Assembly (NCBI GenBank): GCA_902570155.1
Contig: CACFXU010000006.1
Span: forward strand, 7,215-71,214
Source: an uncultured Alphaproteobacteria bacterium
GTDB taxonomy: Bacteria; Pseudomonadota; Alphaproteobacteria; HIMB59; GCA-002718135
Direction of reading: 5' to 3'
DNA: 64,000 bases
The notes under the pieces were generated by a model. The model made no database searches, was not told the DNA's origin, and worked only from the letters and a program-made list of their open reading frames with translations. Each line of letters starts with the position of its first letter. Within the stretch, counting starts at the first letter, position 1. A program made the position numbers and the translations under genes. Of this stretch, positions 56,689 through 64,000 are shown piece by piece.

Positions 56689-57286
56689 AGGTTTATTCAT
56701 TACTTTTGAAGGACCTGAAGCTAGCGGAAAATCATCTCAAATATTACTTTTATCAAAATATTTAAAAAAAAATAAAATTCCTTTTATTATCACTAGAGAA
56801 CCTGGAGGTACTAATTTTGCAGAAAAGTTAAGAAAATTAATTTTGGATAATAAATCTACAATTAATAATTTAGAAGAATTGCTTCTTCTAATGGCAGCTA
56901 GATCAAATCATATAAATAAAGTAATTATTCCTAATCTTAAAAAAGGAAAGATTGTTATTTCAGATCGATATGCAGATTCATCTTTTGTTTATCAAGGATA
57001 TTTAAATAAATTTGGAATTAAAAGAACTCAAAAACTTCACAAAGAACTTCTAAACAATTTTTTTCCTGACTACACTTTTATTTTTAAAATCAATCCAAAA
57101 GAAATAATTAAAAGATTAAAACAGAGGAAGGTTAAAAACAAGTACGATAAATCTAACTTATTATTTCATCAAAAAGTAATTCAAGGATATAAAAAAATAG
57201 CAAATCCAAAAAGATATATAATGGTTGATGCTTCTGTATCTAAAGATATAATTCACAAAAATATTATTAAAAAATTAAATTTATAA
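56675..57286 (+). CDS. tmk: Thymidylate kinase
   Basis: MKSNKGLFITFEGPEASGKSSQ carries the P-loop, followed by TREPGGT and DRYADSS. The start at ATG 56675 overlaps the upstream stop. Confidence 0.9.
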   Translation: MKSNKGLFITFEGPEASGKSSQILLLSKYLKKNKIPFIITREPGGTNFAEKLRKLILDNKSTINNLEELLLLMAARSNHINKVIIPNLKKGKIVISDRYADSSFVYQGYLNKFGIKRTQKLHKELLNNFFPDYTFIFKINPKEIIKRLKQRKVKNKYDKSNLLFHQKVIQGYKKIANPKRYIMVDASVSKDIIHKNIIKKLNL

Positions 57287-57289
57287 TTA

Positions 57290-58273
57290 ATGATTGAATT
57301 AATAGGTTTTGAAAAAGAGTATAGTGATCTCCTTAAAAGATATAAATCAAATAATCTTCCAAATTCAATTTTAATTCATGGATTGAGTGGTATAGGTAAA
57401 AGAACTTTTCTCAACAAATTAGTAAAAAATATTTTAAATATAGAATTTAAAGATAGTAATGTGGACCATCATTTAAATTTATTTAAAAATAATACACATC
57501 CAAATATAAAAATAATTGAAAAAGAGATTGATAGCAAAACTGGAAAAATTAAATCTAATATTACAATTGAACAAATTAGAAGATTAAAAACATTTTTAAA
57601 TTCAACAACAACAATTCAAAATTCTTCTAAAATAGTTATTGTTGATTCTGCTGATTATTTAAATATTAGTTCTGCAAATAGTATGCTCAAGATCTTAGAA
57701 GAACCAAAGGTAAATACCTATATTTTTTTAATATCAAATCAAATTTCATTACTTTTACCAACAATTAGGTCAAGATGTTTAAAAATTAAATTAAATACTC
57801 ATAATTTAACTAATTTTACTAATATTATTAAAGATAATATTGATGAAATATCTAATGAAGAAATAAATTTTTACTTTGAATTAACGTATGGATCACCAGG
57901 AACTACTATTCTATATTATAACAATGATTTCTTGGATATTTTCCAATTATCAATTAAATGTCTTTTATCAAATGATCTAGATGATGATAAAATAAATTTA
58001 TCTAATATTTTATCAAAACTTACTAATGATGAATTTAATAATTATTTATCAATGCTTAAATTTATTCTAATTGTTGCAAATAAGTTAAAAGTAAACAGAG
58101 ATGATAAAAGCTTGATTAATATACCAAATTATCTAGAGTTAGAGTCTTTATCGACAAATCTTACCAAAAAAAATCTTATTGATAGATTTGATTATTTAAC
58201 TAATAACCAAAAAGAATTATTTAGTTTAAATCTTGATAAAAAAATATTTATATTAAATTTTTTAACTCAATAA
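57290..58273 (+). CDS. holB: DNA polymerase III delta-prime subunit
   Basis: 327 aa. HGLSGIGKRTF, KILEEP and TIRSRC motifs. Confidence 0.8.
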   Translation: MIELIGFEKEYSDLLKRYKSNNLPNSILIHGLSGIGKRTFLNKLVKNILNIEFKDSNVDHHLNLFKNNTHPNIKIIEKEIDSKTGKIKSNITIEQIRRLKTFLNSTTTIQNSSKIVIVDSADYLNISSANSMLKILEEPKVNTYIFLISNQISLLLPTIRSRCLKIKLNTHNLTNFTNIIKDNIDEISNEEINFYFELTYGSPGTTILYYNNDFLDIFQLSIKCLLSNDLDDDKINLSNILSKLTNDEFNNYLSMLKFILIVANKLKVNRDDKSLINIPNYLELESLSTNLTKKNLIDRFDYLTNNQKELFSLNLDKKIFILNFLTQ

Positions 58274-58274
58274 A

Positions 58275-59795
58275 ATGAATTTTTATATAACTACTCCAAT
58301 TTACTACACTAATGATATACCTCATATAGGTCATGCTTATACAAGTATAGCTTGCGATATTATTGCGCGATATAATAAATTATTAGGAAACAAAGTATTC
58401 TTTTTAACAGGTACAGACGAGCATGGGCAAAAAGTAGAAAAAGCTGCTATTAATTCAAACTTAAAACCTAAAGAATTCGTCGATAAACTTTCAGTTAATT
58501 TTATTAATTTAATACCTTTTTTAGGATGTGAAATAGATGATTTTATAAGAACTACTGAAGAAAGACATATTAAAGCCTCACAAGAACTTTGGAAGCAATT
58601 AGAAAAAAATAATCAAATATATCTTTCAAATTATGAAGGTTGGTACTCAGTTAGAGATGAAGCATTTTATTTGGAAAATGAATTAAAAAAGATTGATGGT
58701 AAATATGTGACGGATAATGGATCGCCTGTAGAGTGGGTAAAGGAGGAGAGTTATTTTTTTAAACTTTCAGAATGGCAAGATAAGTTAATCGACTATTATG
58801 AAAAAAATCCAGAATCAATCTTGCCAAAAACAAGATACAATGAAGTATTAAGTTTCATTAAAGGTGGATTAAAAGATCTGTCTATTTCAAGAACAACTTT
58901 TAATTGGGGAGTGCCAGTTCCAAATAATTCTAAGCATGTGATGTATGTTTGGATTGATGCATTATGTAATTACCTAACCGCAATTGGTTATCCAGATACA
59001 AATAATAATAATTATAAGAAATTTTGGCCCGCAACACATATTGTGGGGAAAGATATATTAAGATTTCATGCAGTTTATTGGCCAGCTTTTTTAATGGCTG
59101 CGGGTATCGAGCCCCCTAAAAGAATATTTGCACATGGATGGTGGACTAATGAAGGACAAAAAATTTCTAAATCACTTGGTAATGTCATTGATCCTTACGA
59201 AATTATTAATGAATATGGGTTGGATCAAATTAGGTTTTTTTTATTTAGAGAAGTACCATTTGGAAATGATGGAGATTTTTCAAAAAAAGCAATCGCAAAT
59301 AGAATTAACGCAGATTTATCGAATAATTTTGGTAATTTAGTACAAAGGATTTCATCATTTGCTGTAAAAAATAATGATTCTATACTAAAGCCAACAGAAA
59401 ATTTAACTAATGATGATCAGGATTTAATTAAAACTCTTCAAAATAAATTTGATGAATATTGTAAATTTATGAACAATCAACAAATTGATAGAGCAATCAA
59501 GTCTGTCTTAGAATTAATATCTGCTGGTAACGCATATGTTGACACTCAAGCACCATGGACATTGAAAAAAACAAATAAAATTAGAATGGAAGAAGTTTTA
59601 TATATTATTACAAATATAATTATTAAATCAGCTATAATGCTCTATCCAATAATACCAACTAGTTCAAAAAAAATACTTAATATTTTTAATTATAATATGG
59701 ACAATAATAAATTTGAGAATTTAACTCAACTAATCAATCAAAATATAAAAATAAATAATCCAGAACCAATATTTCCAAGAATATTGAATGATTGA
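58275..59795 (+). CDS. metG: Methionyl-tRNA synthetase (short form without C-terminal tRNA-binding domain)
   Basis: 506 aa. HIGH motif (PHIGHAYT) and KMSKS motif (KISKSLGN). Confidence 0.95.
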   Translation: MNFYITTPIYYTNDIPHIGHAYTSIACDIIARYNKLLGNKVFFLTGTDEHGQKVEKAAINSNLKPKEFVDKLSVNFINLIPFLGCEIDDFIRTTEERHIKASQELWKQLEKNNQIYLSNYEGWYSVRDEAFYLENELKKIDGKYVTDNGSPVEWVKEESYFFKLSEWQDKLIDYYEKNPESILPKTRYNEVLSFIKGGLKDLSISRTTFNWGVPVPNNSKHVMYVWIDALCNYLTAIGYPDTNNNNYKKFWPATHIVGKDILRFHAVYWPAFLMAAGIEPPKRIFAHGWWTNEGQKISKSLGNVIDPYEIINEYGLDQIRFFLFREVPFGNDGDFSKKAIANRINADLSNNFGNLVQRISSFAVKNNDSILKPTENLTNDDQDLIKTLQNKFDEYCKFMNNQQIDRAIKSVLELISAGNAYVDTQAPWTLKKTNKIRMEEVLYIITNIIIKSAIMLYPIIPTSSKKILNIFNYNMDNNKFENLTQLINQNIKINNPEPIFPRILND

Positions 59796-60570
59796 CTCAC
59801 ATTGTCACCTCAATTTTAATGAATTAGCAGAAAATTTTCATAATATTATTAATAATTCAAAACTAAATAATATAACTTCAATATTATCAATAAATACTGA
59901 TCCTGAAGACTTTGAAGACCATCTTAATTTAATAAAAAACTATAACTCTGTTTATCTTTCATATGGTCTTCATCCTGATAAGGTTGATACATTTAATCAA
60001 ATTCAATTACAAAATTTTGATATTGCTTGTAAAAATGAAAAAGTTATAGGAATAGGAGAGACAGGTATTGATTTATATCATAGCCAAAACCACCTCAAAG
60101 AACAAACACAAGTATTTGAAACCCATATTGAAGCATCAATAAAACATTCATTACCATTAATCATACATCAGAGAAATTCTGAAAAAGAAATTGTAGATAT
60201 TTTAAAAAATTATAAATCAAATAATTTAAAACTAATTTTTCACTGTTTTACAGGTTCAAAACAACTACTAAATTTTTGTCTAGAGAATAACTACTACATT
60301 TCTATTTCTGGAATAATAACATTTAAAAATGCATCAAATTTAAGAGATATAATTAAGGACGCTCCTTTAGATTCTATACTTATAGAAACTGATAGTCCTT
60401 TTTTAGCACCCGAGCCAATGAGAGGTAAAGTAAATGAGCCATCTTTTGTAAAATACACAGCTGAATATCTGGCAAAATTTTTTAAATTATCCTTAGAAGA
60501 ATTTGAAAAAATCACTGATAATAATTTTTTTAATTTGTTTACAAAAGCTAAAAGAGATAATTATCTATAA
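59788..60570 (+). CDS. tatD: TatD-family metal-dependent hydrolase/DNase
   Basis: 260 aa. MIDSHCHLN, IGETGIDLY, IHQR, FHCFTG and ETDSPFL. Confidence 0.9.
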   Translation: MIDSHCHLNFNELAENFHNIINNSKLNNITSILSINTDPEDFEDHLNLIKNYNSVYLSYGLHPDKVDTFNQIQLQNFDIACKNEKVIGIGETGIDLYHSQNHLKEQTQVFETHIEASIKHSLPLIIHQRNSEKEIVDILKNYKSNNLKLIFHCFTGSKQLLNFCLENNYYISISGIITFKNASNLRDIIKDAPLDSILIETDSPFLAPEPMRGKVNEPSFVKYTAEYLAKFFKLSLEEFEKITDNNFFNLFTKAKRDNYL

Positions 60571-61322
60571 TGAAAATAACAATTTTAGGCTGTGGAGGAT
60601 CTTTCGGATCGCCTTTAGCATGGAATAGACATGGTAATATTGATCTTAATAATAAAAGAAATTTTCGAACAAGATCATCTGTACTTATTGAGTATAAAAA
60701 TACAAATATTCTAATTGATACTAGTCCAGACCTTAGACAGCAACTTTATAATGCTAAATGTACAAATATTGATGCTGTACTTTATACTCATATTCATTCC
60801 GATCATACATCAGGAGTACCAGATATGAGAGCAATGTCTTTAATAAATAAAAAAATTATTCCTGCATATATGCCAAAAGAAATGATTCCTGAGATGGAGA
60901 CAAATTATAAATATATTTTTAAAGGAGAAAAAGATTATTTGCCATTTATGGAAATTAAAGAATTAGAAACTAGTATAAATTTTAAAAATATAAATATTGA
61001 AACATTTAAACATAATCACGGATCAATTGATGTTCAAACATACAAGATTGGAAATTTTGCTTATTCTACAGATTTAAAAAAATTTTATAATCAAGATATT
61101 GATAAATTAAAAAATCTAGATTTATGGATTGTTGGTTTGTTAAGAGAAGATACTCATCCCGCTCATGCTGGATTTGATCAAATAATGGATTTCATTTCAT
61201 ATATTAAACCAAAACAAACTATTTTTACTCATATGACAGCTTTACTAGACGAAAAAGAATTAATAACAAAGTGCCCACCAAATGTTAAACCTGGATATGA
61301 TGGTATGATTATTGATTTATGA
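60570..61322 (+). CDS. MBL-fold metallo-hydrolase (PhnP-like)
   Basis: 250 aa. THIHSDHTSG carries the HxHxDH motif. Conserved position after tatD in alphaproteobacteria. Confidence 0.8.
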   Translation: MKITILGCGGSFGSPLAWNRHGNIDLNNKRNFRTRSSVLIEYKNTNILIDTSPDLRQQLYNAKCTNIDAVLYTHIHSDHTSGVPDMRAMSLINKKIIPAYMPKEMIPEMETNYKYIFKGEKDYLPFMEIKELETSINFKNINIETFKHNHGSIDVQTYKIGNFAYSTDLKKFYNQDIDKLKNLDLWIVGLLREDTHPAHAGFDQIMDFISYIKPKQTIFTHMTALLDEKELITKCPPNVKPGYDGMIIDL

Positions 61323-62254
61323 AGCCAGTATCTATTGGTTTCATAGGAATTGGTAATGTTGGATCAAATCTTGCAAATAATTTATTAAAATCAAATAATA
61401 ATGTATTTGTGTATGATAAAAATAATCAATCTTATTCAAGATTAAAAAATTTAAAAAATGAGCCTTGTAAAAATTTAAAAGAATTAACTGAAAAGAGTGA
61501 TATTATAATTACATGTTTACCTTCACCAAAGGCTGTAAGCAAAGTTTTTAAAAACATATTAAAATATTTAACTAAAAAACATACCTGGATTGAGATGAGC
61601 ACTACAGATAAAAATGATATGATTAGTTTATCAAAAAAAGTAAGTTCTAAAGGTGGTGGAGTATTAGAATGCCCAATTACTGGAGGGGAGCATAGAGCTA
61701 AATCAGGCAATATATCTATTTTAGCTGCTGGAAAAAAATCAACTTTCAAAAAATGCTTCCCAATATTATCATTGCTTGGTCATGAAATTTTATACTGTGG
61801 AAAAATTGGAAATGCCTCAATATTAAAAGTAATTACAAATTTTTTAGCATCATTACATTTAGTGGGTATCGGTGAAGCACTGAGTGTTGCAAAAAAAAAT
61901 AAAATTGATTTAGGTTTAACGTATAAAGCTATAAAAATAAGCTCTGGAAATAGTTTTGTTAATGAAACTGAAACACAAGTCATACTTGGAGGCAGTTATG
62001 ATGTTGGATTTACAATGGATCTAGTCAATAAAGATATAAATCTTTTTAATAGACTTGGAAAAAATATGAAATTAGAACTAGGGAATTATCTAAGTAAAAA
62101 ATTTAAACTTGGTATGAAAATTTTAGGTAAAAGGTCATTTAGCACGAGTATTACTAAATTAATTGAAAAAGATGCTAAAATTAAATTAAGAGCAAAAAAT
62201 TTCCCAAAACAATTAATTGATAAACAAAAAAAACAAAAAGGTGTAGAAGTATAA
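61319..62254 (+). CDS. NAD(P)-dependent oxidoreductase, 3-hydroxyisobutyrate/6-phosphogluconate dehydrogenase-like family
   Basis: 311 aa. IGFIGIGNVGSNLA dinucleotide-binding motif, PITGGE and the ASILKVITNF helix domain. Confidence 0.8.
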   Translation: MKPVSIGFIGIGNVGSNLANNLLKSNNNVFVYDKNNQSYSRLKNLKNEPCKNLKELTEKSDIIITCLPSPKAVSKVFKNILKYLTKKHTWIEMSTTDKNDMISLSKKVSSKGGGVLECPITGGEHRAKSGNISILAAGKKSTFKKCFPILSLLGHEILYCGKIGNASILKVITNFLASLHLVGIGEALSVAKKNKIDLGLTYKAIKISSGNSFVNETETQVILGGSYDVGFTMDLVNKDINLFNRLGKNMKLELGNYLSKKFKLGMKILGKRSFSTSITKLIEKDAKIKLRAKNFPKQLIDKQKKQKGVEV

Positions 62255-62255
62255 T

Positions 62256-63209
62256 ATGTCAGAAAAAAAATTACTACCTGCTGATTTAGATCCAAGAAAT
62301 CCAAGTTTTGCTTACAAAAATAAATATAATGAACATGTAGAAAATACTGATCAATTTAATAATTATATAAAGTCTACTGAAGTTAAAAAAGTTTTTTCGG
62401 GAATGTTATGGGGAGAAGGGCCAGCTTATATTCCTCATTTAGATACATTAGTCTGGAGCGATATACCAAATAACAGAATGTTAAAGTTAACAAATGGTTT
62501 AGTATCTGAATATAAAAATCCCTCAAATTATTGTAATGGAAATACTATTGATAAAGAAGAGAATGTAATTTCTTGTTCACATGGAGGGAGATGTATTTAT
62601 AAAACTAATGATAATTTAGAAGTGGAAGTTTTAGTTGATAGTTATAATGGTAAGAAGCTTAACTCTCCAAACGACTTATTTGTTAAATCGGATGATACAA
62701 TTTGGTTTACAGATCCACCTTACGGTATTTTATCAGATTATGAGGGATATCCTGGCGAACAAGAATATGGTGGCTGTAATGTGTTTTCTTTTGAACCTAA
62801 ATCAAACACTTTAAATGTTATGATAGACGATCTTGATAGACCTAATGGCATTGCAATTTCTCCAAACGAAAAAAAATTATATGTTGCTGATACTGGAGAA
62901 AATATCAAACATTTGTATGTTTATGATATGATTGATGGAATGCCCATGAATAGAAAATTAGTTTATGATTTTAAACCCTTTTTTTCTGATGGTTTTAGAT
63001 GCGATAAAGATGGAAATGTTTGGACTAGTGCAGGAAAAGCAATTAAATGTTTTAATCCTAAAAGTGAATTAATTGGACAACTTATAGTTCCAGAACTAGT
63101 ATCAAATTTAGAATTTGGAGGAACGGAGGGAAATATCTTATATATAACTGCTACAACTAGTTTATATTCCATTGAATTAAATCAACAAGGCGCCAGATTT
63201 TATGAATAA
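62256..63209 (+). CDS. SMP-30/gluconolactonase/LRE-family protein
   Basis: 317 aa. EGPAY, NSPNDL, WFTDP, RPNGIA, YVAD and DGFRCD six-blade propeller motifs. Confidence 0.8.
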   Translation: MSEKKLLPADLDPRNPSFAYKNKYNEHVENTDQFNNYIKSTEVKKVFSGMLWGEGPAYIPHLDTLVWSDIPNNRMLKLTNGLVSEYKNPSNYCNGNTIDKEENVISCSHGGRCIYKTNDNLEVEVLVDSYNGKKLNSPNDLFVKSDDTIWFTDPPYGILSDYEGYPGEQEYGGCNVFSFEPKSNTLNVMIDDLDRPNGIAISPNEKKLYVADTGENIKHLYVYDMIDGMPMNRKLVYDFKPFFSDGFRCDKDGNVWTSAGKAIKCFNPKSELIGQLIVPELVSNLEFGGTEGNILYITATTSLYSIELNQQGARFYE

Positions 63210-63546
63210 TACTCTATCTTCAGGAAAGTGCGAGCCATGCAATGGGAATACCCCTAAATTGGATTTTCAAGAAATTAGCAAATTTTTATCAGAACTTAAT
63301 GAGTGGTCAGTTAATGATAATCAAGAAATGATTTTCAAAAAATTTAAATTTAGTAATTTTAAAAAAGCCATATCATTTGCAAATGAAGTTGGTGAAATTG
63401 CAGAAACAGAAGGTCATCACCCTGATATATCTATTGGTTGGGGATATTGCTTAGTAATGGTCCATACACATGCTATAAATGGATTATCAATAAATGATTT
63501 TATTTTAGCAGCAAAAATAGATAATATTAAAAATAATGAAACATAG
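63202..63546 (+). CDS. phhB: Pterin-4a-carbinolamine dehydratase (COG2154)
   Basis: 114 aa. EGHHPDI motif and CxxC near the N-terminus (KCEPC). 8-nt overlap with the upstream gene. Confidence 0.85.
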   Translation: MNNTLSSGKCEPCNGNTPKLDFQEISKFLSELNEWSVNDNQEMIFKKFKFSNFKKAISFANEVGEIAETEGHHPDISIGWGYCLVMVHTHAINGLSINDFILAAKIDNIKNNET

Positions 63547-64000
63547 AGAGCAATTTAATAATTACAGTAAGTCCATTCTTAATTTGCTATTAAATACTGA
63601 TGACAAATTATTTAAAAAATCAATTAATTTGATAAAAAAAACACAAAAACAAAAAGGAAAAGTTTATATAGTTGGTAATGGCGGTAGCTCTTCAATAGCT
63701 AGCCATGTTAGTGTAGATTTTGCAAAAGTAGCTAGAGTTAATTCATCCACTTTTAATAATGCAAATTTAATAACATGTTTTGCAAATGATTATGGTTATG
63801 AAAATTGGGTAGTAGAAGCAATAAAAGCTTACCTAAATAAAAATGATATGATGATCTTAATTAGTAGTAGTGGAACTTCAAAAAACATTGTTAATGCAGC
63901 AAAATATTGTAAAAAAAATTCAATTCAATTGATTACTTTGAGTGGTTTCAAAAAAAATAACCCACTATCAAAATATGGAAATGTTAATTTTCATATAAAT
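63536..64000 (+). CDS. SIS-domain sugar-phosphate isomerase (GmhA-like), N-terminal part (3' end outside the window)
   Basis: Frame 2 is open from ATG 63536 to the window end. VGNGGSSSIASHVSVDF and ILISSSGTSKN are SIS motifs. It is absent from the ORF track because no stop lies inside the window. Confidence 0.7.
   Translation, partial: MKHREQFNNYSKSILNLLLNTDDKLFKKSINLIKKTQKQKGKVYIVGNGGSSSIASHVSVDFAKVARVNSSTFNNANLITCFANDYGYENWVVEAIKAYLNKNDMMILISSSGTSKNIVNAAKYCKKNSIQLITLSGFKKNNPLSKYGNVNFHIN

Overview
This is an AT-rich, very gene-dense window. I call 67 protein-coding genes (two run off the window ends, two are low-confidence micro-ORFs) and 2 tRNA genes. Many neighbouring genes overlap by 1-20 nt and most spacers are under 100 nt. 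I saw no rRNA, CRISPR array, transposase, integrase or prophage genes. The housekeeping synteny is alphaproteobacterial: yajC-secD-secF, sodB, uvrA/ssb-gyrA-coaD, recG/sdhE-mfd, and mltB-rlpA-dacA-tmk-holB-metG-tatD-MBL. Together with the composition and compaction, this suggests a streamlined marine alphaproteobacterium of the SAR11/Pelagibacterales type; that assignment is inference, not a search result. Four modules deserve follow-up. (1) 23.2-29.1 kb holds a seven-gene cluster around an extra GTP cyclohydrolase II and a deaminase-less RibD-type reductase. The other five genes are a creatininase-fold hydrolase, a divergent PTPS-fold protein, an MDR dehydrogenase, a GT1 glycosyltransferase and a SAM methyltransferase. 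The combination matches no pathway I can name and is my best candidate for an undescribed pteridine- or ribitylpyrimidine-derived metabolite system. (2) A 1016-aa protein fuses a kinase, an M23 peptidase and a phospho-lyase-like class-III aminotransferase domain. (3) A trpB2-DUF1015-serC-serA operon centres on O-phosphoserine. (4) A malyl-CoA lyase plus malate thiokinase (mcl-mtkAB) module. Smaller points include a pseudouridine catabolic pair, a cluster of three DMT transporters around an omega-amine:pyruvate transaminase, a secreted FKBP-rhodanese fusion and two unannotated micro-ORFs. All functional calls rest on motifs I read in the supplied translations and on remembered family signatures. 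No database search or HMM was run.
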